DNA from: Balanoglossus misakiensis
Lineage: Eukaryota; Animalia; Hemichordata
Assembly: GCA_040954595.2 (NCBI GenBank)
Contig: CM082587.2
Coordinates: forward strand, 2,920,175 to 2,984,174
Reading direction: 5' to 3'
Length of the DNA: 64,000 nt
Shown: in pieces, positions 49,247 to 62,500 of the stretch
Layout: each line of letters opens with the position of its first letter
How positions within the stretch are numbered: position 1 is the stretch's first letter
Position numbers and translations under genes: made by a program
The notes under the pieces: generated by a model
The model's database searches: none
Seen by the model: the letters and a program-made list of their open reading frames with translations, nothing else
What the model was told of the DNA's origin: nothing

Positions 49247-52200
49247 CAAAATTTCTTCATTTTTTTGAAAAAAACCATGGGTTATAGCCCATGAAAATCG
49301 TCCGAAAATGACAATTTTTCGACTTTGCGAAATATCAAAATTTCTTCATTTTTTTGAAAAAACCATGGGTTATAGCCCATGAAAATCGTCCGAAAATGAC
49401 AATTTTTCGACTTTGCGAAATATCAAAATTTCTTCATTTTTTTGAAAAAACCATGGGTTATAGCCCATGAAAATCGTCCGAAAATGACAATTTTTCGACT
49501 TTGCGAAATATCAAAATTTCTTCATTTTTTTGAAAAAACCATGGGTTATAGCCCATGAAAATCGTCCGAAAATGACAATTTTTCGACTTTGCGAAATATC
49601 AAAATTTCTTCATTTTTTTGAAAAAACCATGGGTTATAGCCCATGAAAATCGTCCGAAAATGACAATTTTTCGACTTTGCGAAATATCAAAATTTCTTCA
49701 TTTTTTTGAAAAAACCATGGGTTATAGCCCATGAAAATCGTCCGAAAATGACAATTTTTCGACTTTGCGAAATATCAAAATTTCTTCATTTTTTTGAAAA
49801 AACCATGGGTTATAGCCCATGAAAATCGTCCGAAAATGACAATTTTTCGACTTTGCGAAATATCAAAATTTCTTCATTTTTTTGAAAAAACCATGGGTTA
49901 TAGCCCATGAAAATCGTCCGAAAATGACAATTTTTCGACTTTGCGAAATATCAAAATTTCTTCATTTTTTTGAAAAAACCATGGGTTATAGCCCATGAAA
50001 ATCGTCCGAAAATGACAATTTTTCGACTTTGCGAAATATCAAAATTTCTTCATTTTTTTGAAAAAACCATGGGTTATAGCCCATGAAAATCGTCCGAAAA
50101 TGACAATTTTTCGACTTTGCGAAATATCAAAATTTCTTCATTTTTTTGAAAAAACCATGGGTTATAGCCCATGAAAATCGTCCGAAAATGACAATTTTTC
50201 GACTTTGCGAAATATCAAAATTTCTTCATTTTTTTGAAAAAACCATGGGTTATAGCCCATGAAAATCGTCCGAAAATGACAATTTTTCGACTTTGCGAAA
50301 TATCAAAATTTCTTCATTTTTTTGAAAAAACCATGGGTTATAGCCCATGAAAATCGTCCGAAAATGACAATTTTTCGACTTTGCGAAATATCAAAATTTC
50401 TTCATTTTTTTGAAAAAACCATGGGTTATAGCCCATGAAAATCGTCCGAAAATGACAATTTTTCGACTTTGCGAAATATCAAAATTTCTTCATTTTTTTG
50501 AAAAAACCATGGGTTATAGCCCATGAAAATCGTCCGAAAATGACAATTTTTCGACTTTGCGAAATATCAAAATTTCTTCATTTTTTTGAAAAAACCATGG
50601 GTTATAGCCCATGAAAATCGTCCGAAAATGACAATTTTTCGACATTGCGAAATATCAAAATTTCTTCATTTTTTTGAAAAAAACATGGGTTATAGCCCAT
50701 GAAAATCGTCCGAAAATGACAATTTTTCGACTTTGCGAAATATCAAAATTTCTTCATTTTTTTGAAAAAACCATGGGTTATAGCCCATGAAAATCGTCCG
50801 AAAATGACAATTTTTCGACTTTGCGAAATATCAAAATTTCTTCATTTTTTTGAAAAAACCATGGGTTATAGCCCATGAAAATCGTCCGAAAATGACAATT
50901 TTTCGACTTTGCGTAATATCAAAATTTCTTCATTTTTTTGAAAAAACCATGGGTTATAGCCCATGAAAATCGTCCGAAAATGACAATTTTTCGACTTTGC
51001 GAAATATCAAAATTTCTTCATTTTTTTGAAAAAACCATGGGTTATAGCCCATGAAAATCGTCCGAAAATGACAATTTTTCGACTTTGCGAAATATCAAAA
51101 TTTCTTCATTTTTTTGAAAAAACCATGGGTTATAGCCCATGAAAATCGTCCGAAAATGACAATTTTTCGACTTTGCGAAATATCAAAATTTCTTCATTTT
51201 TTTGAAAAAACCATGGGTTATAGCCCATGAAAATCGTCCGAAAATGACAATTTTTCGACTTTGCGAAATATCAAAATTTCTTCATTTTTTTTAAAAAACC
51301 ATGGGTTATAGCCCATGAAAATCGTCCGAAAATGACAATTTTTCGACTTTGCGAAATATCAAAATTTCTTCATTTTTTTGAAAAAACCATGGGTTATAGC
51401 CCATGAAAATCGTCCGAAAATGACAATTTTTCGACTTTGCGAAATATCAAAATTTCTTCATTTTTTTGAAAAAACCATGGGTTATAGCCCATGAAAATCG
51501 TCCGAAAATGACAATTTTTCGACTTTGCGAAATATCAAAATTTCTTCATTTTTTTGAAAAAACCATGGGTTATAGCCCATGAAAATCGTCCGAAAATGAC
51601 AATTTTTCGACTTTGCGAAATATCAAAATTTCTTCATTTTTTTGAAAAAAACATGGGTTATAGCCCATGAAAATCGTCCGAAAATGACAATTTTTCGACT
51701 TTGCGAAATATCAAAATTTCTTCATTTTTTTGAAAAAACCATGGGTTATAGCCCATGAAAATCGTCCGAAAATGACAATTTTTCGACATTGCGAAATATC
51801 AAAATTTCTTCATTTTTTTGAAAAAAACATGGGTTATAGCCCATGAAAATCGTCCGAAAATGACAATTTTTCGACTTTGCGAAATATCAAAATTTCTTCA
51901 TTTTTTTGAAAAAACCATGGGTTATAGCCCATGAAAATCGTCCGAAAATGACAATTTTTCGACTTTGCGAAATATCAAAATTTCTTCATTTTTTTGAAAA
52001 AACCATGGGTTATAGCCCATGAAAATCGTCCGAAAATGACAATTTTTCGACTTTGCGTAATATCAAATTTTCTCCATTTTTTTGAAAAAACCATGGGTTA
52101 TAGCCCATGAAAATCGTCCGAAAATGACAATTTTTCGACTTTGCGAAATATCAAAATTTCTTCATTTTTTTGAAAAAACCATGGGTTATAGCCCATGAAA

Positions 52201-55200
52201 ATCGTCCGAAAATGACAATTTTTCGACTTTGCGAAATATCAAAATTTCTTCATTTTTTTGAAAAAACCATGGGTTATAGCCCATGAAAATCGTCCGAAAA
52301 TGACAATTTTTCGACTTTGCGAAATATAAAAATTTCTTCATTTTTTTGAAAAAACCATGGGTTATAGCCCATGAAAATCGTCCGAAAATGACAATTTTTC
52401 GACTTTGCGAAATATCAAAATTTCTTCATTTTTTTGAAAAAACCATGGGTTATAGCCCATGAAAATCGTCCGAAAATGACAATTTTTCGACTTTGCGAAA
52501 TATCAAAATTTCTTCATTTTTTTGAAAAAACCATGGGTTATAGCCCATGAAAATCGTCCGAAAATGACAATTTTTCGACTTTGCGAAATATCAAAATTTC
52601 TTCATTTTTTTGAAAAAACCATGGGTTATAGCCCATGAAAATCGTCCGAAAATGACAATTTTTCGACTTTGCGAAATATCAAAATTTCTTCATTTTTTTG
52701 AAAAAAACATGGGTTATAGCCCATGAAAATCGTCCGAAAATGACAATTTTTCGACTTTGCGAAATATCAAAATTTCTTCATTTTTTTGAAAAAACCATGG
52801 GTTATAGCCCATGAAAATCGTCCGAAAATGACAATTTTTCGACTTTGCGAAATATCAAAATTTCTTCATTTTTTTGAAAAAACCATGGGTTATAGCCCAT
52901 GAAAATCGTCCGAAAATGACAATTTTTCGACTTTGCGAAATATCAAAATTTCTTCATTTTTTTGAAAAAACCATGGGTTATAGCCCATGAAAATCGTCCG
53001 AAAATGACAATTTTTCGACTTTGCGAAATATCAAAATTTCTTCATTTTTTTGAAAAAACCATGGGTTATAGCCCATGAAAATCGTCCGAAAATGACAATT
53101 TTTCGACTTTGCGAAATATCAAAATTTCTTCATTTTTTTGAAAAAACCATGGGTTATAGCCCATGAAAATCGTCCGAAAATGACAATTTTTCGACTTTGC
53201 GAAATATCAAAATTTCTTCATTTTTTTGAAAAAACCATGGGTTATAGCCCATGAAAATCGTCCGAAAATGACAATTTTTCAACTTTGCGAAATATCGAAA
53301 TTTCTTCATTTTTTTGAAAAAACCATGGGTTATAGCCCATGAAAATCGTCCGAAAATGACAATTTTTCGACTTTGCGAAATATCGAAATTTCTTCATTTT
53401 TTTGTAAAAACCATGGGTTATAGCCCATGAAAATCGTCCGAAAATGACAATTTTTCGACTTCGCGAATTTTCAAAATTTGGTGATTTTTTGATAAAAACC
53501 ATGGGTTATAGCTCATGAAAATCATCCAGAAATGTCAATTTTTCGACTTCGCGAATTTTCAAAATTTGGTGATTTTTTGATAAAAACCATGGGTTATAGC
53601 CCATGAAAATCGTCCGAAAATGACAATTTTTCGACTTTGCGAAATATCAAAATTTCTTCATTTTTTTGAAAAAACCATGGGTTATAGCCCATGAAAATCG
53701 TCCGAAAATGACAATTTTTCGACTTTGCGAAATATCAAAATTTCTTCATTTTTTTGAAAAAACCATGGGTTATAGCCCATGAAAATCGTCCGAAAATGAC
53801 AATTTTTCGACTTTGCGAAATATCAAAATTTCTTCATTTTTTTGAAAAAACCATGGGTTATAGCCCATGAAAATCGTCCGAAAATGACAATTTTTCGACT
53901 TTGCGAAATATCAAAATTTCTTCATTTTTTTGAAAAAACCATGGGTTATAGCCCATGAAAATCGTCCGAAAATGACAATTTTTCGACTTTGCGAAATATC
54001 AAAATTTCTTCATTTTTTTGAAAAAACCATGGGTTATAGCCCATGAAAATCGTCCGAAAATGACAATTTTTCGACTTTGCGAAATATCAAAATTTCTTCA
54101 TTTTTTTGAAAAAACCATGGGTTATAGCCCATGAAAATCGTCCGAAAATGACAATTTTTCGACTTTGCGAAATATCAAAATTTCTTCATTTTTTTGAAAA
54201 AACCATGGGTTATAGCCCATGAAAATCGTCCGAAAATGACAATTTTTCGACTTTGCGAAATATCGAAATTTCTTCATTTTTTTGAAAAAACCATGGGTTA
54301 TAGCCCATGAAAATCGTCCGAAAATGACAATTTTTCGACTTTGCGAAATATCAAAATTTCTTCATTTTTTTGAAAAAACCATGGGTTATAGCCCATGAAA
54401 ATCGTCCGAAAATGACAATTTTTCGACTTTGCGAAATATCAAAATTTCTTCATTTTTTTGAAAAAACCATGGGTTATAGCCCATGAAAATCGTCCGAAAA
54501 TGACAATTTTTCGACTTTGCGAAATATCAAAATTTCTTCATTTTTTTGAAAAAACCATGGGTTATAGCCCATGAAAATCGTCCGAAAATGACAATTTTTC
54601 GACTTTGCGAAATATCAAAATTTCTTCATTTTTTTGAAAAAACCATGGGTTATAGCCCATGAAAATCGTCCGAAAATGAAAATTTTTCGACTTTGCGAAA
54701 TATCGAAATTTCTTCATTTTTTTGAAAAAACCATGGGTTATAGCCCATGAAAATCGTCCGAAAATGACAATTTTTCGACTTTGCGAAATATCAAAATTTC
54801 TTCATTTTTTTGAAAAAACCATGGGTTATAGCCCATGAAAATCGTCCGAAAATGACAATTTTTCGACTTTGCGAAATATCAAAATTTCTTCATTTTTTTG
54901 AAAAAACCATGGGTTATAGCCCATGAAAATCGTCCGAAAATGACAATTTTTCGACTTTGCGAAATATCAAAATTTCTTCATTTTTTTGAAAAAACCATGG
55001 GTTATAGCCCATGAAAATCGTCCGAAAATGACAATTTTCGACTTTGCGAAATATCAAAATTTCTTCATTTTTTGAAAAAACCATGGGTTATAGCCATGAA
55101 AATCGTCCGAAAATGACAATTTTTCGACTTTGCGAAATATCAAAATTTCTTCATTTTTTTGAAAAAAACATGGGTTATAGCCCATGAAAATCGTCCGAAA

Positions 55201-56504
55201 ATGACAATTTTTCGACTTTGCGAAATATCAAAATTTCTTCATTTTTTGAAAAAACCATGGGTTATAGCCCATGAAAATCGTCCGAAAATGACAATTTTTC
55301 GACTTTGCGAAATATCAAAATTTCTTCATTTTTTTGAAAAAACCATGGGTTATAGCCCATGAAAATCGTCCGAAAATGACAATTTTTCGACTTTGCGAAA
55401 TATCGAAATTTCTTCATTTTTTTGAAAAAACCATGAGTTATAGCCCATGAAAATCGTCCGAAAATGACAATTTTTCGACTTTGCGAAATATCGAAATTTC
55501 TTCATTTTTTTGAAAAAAACCATGGGTTATAGCCCATGAAAATCGTCGAAAATGACAATTTTTCGACTTTGCGAAATATCAAAATTTCTTCATTTTTTTG
55601 AAAAAACCATGGGTTATAGCCCATGAAAATCGTCCGAAAATGACAATTTTTCGACTTTGCGAAATATCAAAATTTCTTCATTTTTTTGAAAAAAACATGG
55701 GATATAGCCCATGAAAATCGTCCGAAAATGACAATTTTTCGACTTTGCGAAATATCAAAATTTCTTCATTTTTTGAAAAACCATGGGTTATAGCCCATGA
55801 AAATCGTCCGAAAATGACAATTTTTCGACTTTGCGAAATATCAAAATTTCTTCATTTTTTTGAAAAAACCATGGGTTATAGCCCATGAAAATCGTCCGAA
55901 AATGACAATTTTTCGACTTTGCGAAATATCGAAATTTCTTCATTTTTTTGAAAAAACCATGAGTTATAGCCCATGAAAATCGTCCGAAAATGACAATTTT
56001 TCGACTTTGCGAAATATCGAAATTTCTTCATTTTTTTGAAAAAACCATGGGTTATAGCCCATGAAAATCGTCCGAAAATGACAATTTTTCGACTTTGCGA
56101 AATATCAAAATTTCTTCATTTTTTTGAAAAAACCATGGGTTATAGCCCATGAAAATCGTCCGAAAATGACAATTTTTCGACTTTGCGAAATATCAAAATT
56201 TCTTCATTTTTTTGAAAAAACCATGGGTTATAGCCCATGAAAATCGTCCGAAAATGACAATTTTTCGACTTTGCGAAATATCAAAATTTCTTCATTTTTT
56301 TGAAAAAACCATGGGTTATAGCCCATGAAAATCGTCCGAAAATGACAATTTTTCGACTTTGCGAAATATCAAAATTTCTTCATTTTTTTGAAAAACCATG
56401 GGTTATAGCCCATGAAAATCGTCCGAAAATGACAATTTTTCGACTTTGCGAAATATCAAAATTTCTTCATTTTTTGAAAAAACCATGGGTTATAGCCATG
56501 AAAA
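49247..56504. repeat. 88-bp tandem satellite, subfamily A (about 82 copies)
   Basis: Unit ccatgggttatagcccatgaaaatcgtccgaaaatgacaatttttcgactttgcgaaatatcaaaatttcttcatttttttgaaaaaa; ccatgg recurs at 49451, 49539, etc. Confidence 0.97.
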
Positions 56505-59500
56505 TCATCCAGAAATGTCAATTTTTCGACTTCGCGAATTTTCAAAATTTGGTGATTTTTGATAAAAACCATGGGTTATAGCTCATGAAAATCATCCAGA
56601 AATGTCAATTTTTCGACTTCGCGAATTTTCAAAATTTGGTGATTTTTTGATAAAAACCATGGGTTATAGCTCATGAAAATCATCCAGAAATGTCAATTTT
56701 TCGACTTCGCGAATTTCAAAATTTGGTGATTTTTTGATAAAAACCATGGGTTATAGCTCATGAAAATCATCCAGAAATGTCAATTTTTCGACTTCGCGAA
56801 ATTTCAAAATTTGGTGATTTTTTGATAAAAACCATGGGTTATAGCTCATGAAATCATCCAGAAATGTCAATTTTTCGACTTCGCGAAATTTCAAAATTTG
56901 GTGATTTTTTGATAAAAACCATGGGTTATAGCTCATGAAAATCATCCAGAAATGTCAATTTTTTCGACTTCGCGAAATTTCAAATTTGGTGATTTTTTGA
57001 TAAAAACCATGGGTTATAGCTCATGAAAATCATCCAGAAATGTCAATTTTTCGACTTCGCGAAATTTCAAAATTTGGTGATTTTTTGATAAAAACCATGG
57101 GTTATAGCTCATGAAATCATCCCTGAAATGTCAATTTTTCGACTTCGCGAAATTTCAAAATTTGGTGATTTTTTGATAAAAACCATGGGTTATAGCTCAT
57201 GAAAATCGTCCAGAAATGTCAATTTTTCGACTTCGCGAAATTTCAAAATTTGGTGATTTTTTGATAAAAACCATGGGTTATAGCTCATGAAATCATCCAG
57301 AAATGTCAATTTTTCGACTTCGCGAAATTTCAAAATTTGGTGATTTTTTGATAAAAACCATGGGTTATAGCTCATGAAAATCATCCAGAAATGTCAATTT
57401 TCGACTTCGCGAAATTTCAAAATTTGGTGATTTTTTGATAAAAACCATGGGTTATAGCTCATGAAAATCATCCAGAAATGTCAATTTTTCGACTTCGCGA
57501 AATTTCAAAATTTGGTGATTTTTGATAAAAACCATGGGTTATAGCTCATGAAAATCATCCAGAAATGTCAAATTTTCGACTTCGCGAAATTTCAAAATTT
57601 GGTGATTTTTTGATAAAAACCATGGGTTATAGCTCATGAAAATCATCCAGAAATGTCAATTTTTCGACTTCGCGAAATTTCAAAATTTGGTGATTTTTTG
57701 ATAAAAACCATGGGTTATAGCTCATGAAAATCATCCAGAAATGTCAATTTTTCGACTTCGCGAAATTTCAAAATTTGGTGATTTTTTGATAAAAACCATG
57801 GGTTATAGCTCATGAAAATCATCCAGAAATGTCAATTTTTCGACTTCGCGAAATTTCAAAATTTGGTGATTTTTTGATAAAAACCATGGGTTATAGCTCA
57901 TGAAAATCATCCAGAAATGTCAATTTTTCGACTTCGCGAAATTTTAAAATTTGGTGATTTTTTGATAAAAACCATGGGTTATAGCTCATGAAAATCATCC
58001 AGAAATGTCAATTTTTCGACTTCGCGAAATTTCAAAATTTGGTGATTTTTTGATAAAAACCATGGGTTATAGCTCATGAAAATCATCCAGAAATGTCAAT
58101 TTTTCGACTTCGCGAAATTTCAAAATTTGGTGATTTTTTGATAAAAACCATGGGTTATAGCTCATGAAAATCATCCAGAAATGTCAATTTTTCGACTTCG
58201 CGAAATTTCAAAATTTGGTGATTTTTTGATAAAAACCATGGGTTATAGCTCATGAAAATCATCCAGAAATGTCAATTTTTCGACTTCGCGAAATTTCAAA
58301 TTTGGTGATTTTTTGATAAAAACCATGGGTTATAGCTCATGAAAATCATCCAGAAATGTCAATTTTTCGACTTCGCGAATTTACAAAATTTGGTGATTTT
58401 TTGATAAAAACCATGGGTTATAGCTCATGAAAATCATCCAGAAATGTCAATTTTTCGACTTCGCGAAATTTCAAAATTTGGTGATTTTTTGATAAAAACC
58501 ATGGGTTATAGCTCATGAAAATCATCCAGAAATGTCAATTTTTCGACTTCGCGAAATTTCAAAATTTGGTGATTTTTTGATAAAAACCATGGTTATAGCT
58601 CATGAAAATCATCCAGAAATGTCAATTTTTCGACTTCGCGAAATTTTAAAATTTGGTGATTTTTTGATAAAAACCATGTGTTATAGCTCATGAAAATCAT
58701 CCAGAAAATGTCAATTTTTCGACTTCGCGAAATTTCAAAATTTGGTGATTTTTTGATAAAAACCATGGGTTATAGCTCATGAAAATCATCCAGAAATGTC
58801 AATTTTTCGACTTCGCGAAATTTCAAAATTTGGTGATTTTTTGATAAAAACCATGGGTTATAGCTCATGAAAATCATCCAGAAATGTCAATTTTTCGACT
58901 TCGCGAAATTTCAAAATTTGGTGATTTTTTGATAAAAACCATGGGTTATAGCTCATGAAAATCATCCAGAAATGTCAATTTTTCGACTTCGCGAAATTTC
59001 AAAATTTGGTGATTTTTTGATAAAAACCATGGGTTATAGCTCATTAAAATCATCCAGAAATGTCAATTTTTCGACTTCGCGAAATTTTAAAATTTGGTGA
59101 TTTTTTGATAAAAACCATGGGTTATAGCTCATGAAAATCATCCAGAAATGTCAATTTTTCGACTTCGCGAAATTTCAAAATTTGGTGATTTTTTGATAAA
59201 AACCATGGGTTATAGCTCATGAAAATCATCCAGAAATGTCAATTTTTCGACTTCGCGAAATTTCAAAATTTGGTGATTTTTTGATAAAAACCATGGGTTA
59301 TAGCTCATGAAAATCATCCAGAAATGTCAATTTTTCGACTTCGCGAATTTTCAAAATTTGGTGATTTTTTGATAAAAACCATGGGTTATAGCTCATGAAA
59401 ATCATCCAGAAATGTCAATTTTTCGACTTCGCGAAATTTCAAAATTTGGTGATTTTTTGATAAAAACCATGGGTTATAGCTCATGAAAATCATCCAGAAA

Positions 59501-62500
59501 TGTCAATTTTTCGACTTCGCGAAATTTCAAAATTTGGTGATTTTTTGATAAAAACCATGGGTTATAGCTCATGAAAATCATCCAGAAATGTCAATTTTTC
59601 GACTTCGCGAAATTTCAAAATTTGGTGATTTTTGATAAAAACCATGGGTTATAGCTCATGAAAATCATCCAGAAATGTCAATTTTTCGACTTCGCGAAAT
59701 TTCAAAATTTGGTGATTTTTTGATAAAAACCATGGGTTATAGCTCATGAAAATCATCCAGAAATGTCAATTTTTCGACTTCGCGAAATTTCAAAATTTGG
59801 TGATTTTTTGATAAAAACCATGGGTTATAGCTCATGAAAATCATCCAGAAATGTCAATTTTTCGACTTCGCGAAATTTTAAAATTTGGTGATTTTTTGAT
59901 AAAAACCATGGGTTATAGCTCATGAAAATCATCCAGAAATGTCAATTTTCGACTTCGCGAAATTTCAAAATTTGGTGATTTTTTGATAAAAACCATGGGT
60001 TATAGCTCATGAAAATCATCCAGAAATGTCAATTTTTCGACTTCGCGAATTTACAAAATTTGGTGATTTTTTGATAAAAACCATGGGTTATAGCTCATGA
60101 AAATCATCCAGAAATGTCAATTTTCGACTTCGCGAAATTTCAAAATTTGGTGATTTTTTGATAAAAACCATGGGTTATAGCTCATGAAAATCATCCAGAA
60201 ATGTCAATTTTTCGACTTCGCGAAATTTCAAAATTTGGTGATTTTTTGATAAAAACCATGGGTTATAGCTCATGAAAATCATCCAGAAATGTCAATTTTT
60301 CGACTTCGCGAAATTTCAAAATTTGGTGATTTTTGATAAAAACCATGGGTTATAGCTCATGAAAATCATCCAGAAATGTCAATTTTTCGACTTCGCGAAA
60401 TTTCAAAATTTGGTGATTTTTTGATAAAAACCATGGGTTATAGCTCATGAAAATCATCCAGAAATGTCAATTTTTCGACTTCGCGAAATTTCAAAATTTG
60501 GTGATTTTTTGATAAAAACCATGGGTTATAGCTCATGAAAATCATCCAGAAATGTCATTTTTCGACTTCGCGAAATTTCAAAATTTGGTGATTTTTTGAT
60601 AAAAACCATGGGTTATAGCTCATGAAAATCATCCAGAAATGTCAATTTTTCGACTTCGCGAAATTTCAAAATTTGGTGATTTTTTGATAAAAACCATGGG
60701 TTATAGCTCATGAAAATCATCCAGAAATGTCAATTTTTCGACTTCGCGAAATTTCAAAATTTGGTGATTTTTTGATAAAAACCATGGGTTATAGCTCATT
60801 AAAATCATCCAGAAATGTCAATTTTTCGACTTCGCGAAATTTTAAAATTTGGTGATTTTTTGATAAAAACCATGGGTTATAGCTCATGAAAATCATCCAG
60901 AAATGTCAATTTTTCGACTTCGCGAAATTTCAAAATTTGGTGATTTTTTGATAAAAACATGGGTTATAGCTCATGAAAATCATCCAGAAATGTCAATTTT
61001 TCGACTTCGCGAAATTTCAAAATTTGGTGATTTTTTGATAAAAACCATGGGTTATAGCTCATGAAAATCATCCAGAAATGTCAATTTTTCGACTTCGCGA
61101 AATTTCAAAATTTGGTGATTTTTTGATAAAAACCATGGGTTATAGCTCATGAAAATCATCCAGAAATGTCAATTTTTCGACTTCGCGAATTTTCAAAATT
61201 TGGTGATTTTTTGATAAAAACCATGGGGTTATAGCTCATGAAAATCATCCAGAAATGTCAATTTTTCGACTTCGCGAAATTTCAAAATTTGGTGATTTTT
61301 GATAAAAACCATGGGTTATAGCTCATGAAAATCATCCAGAAATGTCAATTTTTCGACTTCGCGAAATTTCAAAATTTGGTGATTTTTTGATAAAAACCAT
61401 GGGTTATAGCTCATGAAAATCATCCAGAAATGTCAATTTTTCGACTTCGCGAAATTTCAAAATTTGGTGATTTTTTGATAAAAACCATGGGTTATAGCTC
61501 ATGAAAATCATCCAGAAATGTCAATTTTTCGACTTCGCGAATTTTCAAAATTTGGTGATTTTTTGATTAAAACCATGGGTTATAGCTCATGAAAATCATC
61601 CAGAAATGTCAATTTTTCGACTTCGCGAATTTACAAAATTTGGTGATTTTTTGATAAAAACCATGGGTTATAGCTCATGAAAATCATCCAGAAATGTCAA
61701 TTTTTCGACTTCGCGAAATTTCAAAATTTGGTGATTTTTTGATAAAAACCATGGGTTATAGCTCATGAAAATCATCCAGAAATGTCAATTTTTAGACTTC
61801 GCGAAATTTCAAAATTTGGTGATTTTTTGATAAAAACCATGGGTTATAGCTCATGAAAATCATCCAGAAATGTCAATTTTTCGACTTCGCGAAATTTCAA
61901 AATTTGGTGATTTTTTGATAAAAACCATGGGTTATAGCTCATGAAAATCATCCAGAAATGTCAATTTTTCGACTTCGCGAAATTTCAAAATTTGGAGATT
62001 TTTTGATAAAAACCATGGGTATAGCTCATGAAAATCATCCAGAAATGTCAATTTTTCGACTTCGCGAAATTTTCAAATTTGGTGATTTTTTGATAAAAAC
62101 CATGGGTTATAGCTCATGAAAATCATCCAGAAATGTCAATTTTTCGACTTCGCGAAATTTCAAAATTTGGTGATTTTTGATAAAAACCATGGGTTATAGC
62201 TCATGAAAATCATCCAGAAATGTCAATTTTTCGACTTCGCGAAATTTCAAAATTTGGTGATTTTTTGATAAAAACCATGGGTTATAGCTCATGAAAAATC
62301 ATCCAGAAATGTCAATTTTTCGACTTCGCAAAATTTCAAAATTTGGTGATTTTTTGATAAAAACCATGGGTTATAGCTCATTAAAATCATCCAGAAATGT
62401 CAATTTTTTCGACTTCGCGAAATTTTAAAATTTGGTGATTTTTTTGATAAAAACCATGGGTTATAGCTCATGAAAATCATCCAGAAATGTCAATTTTTCG

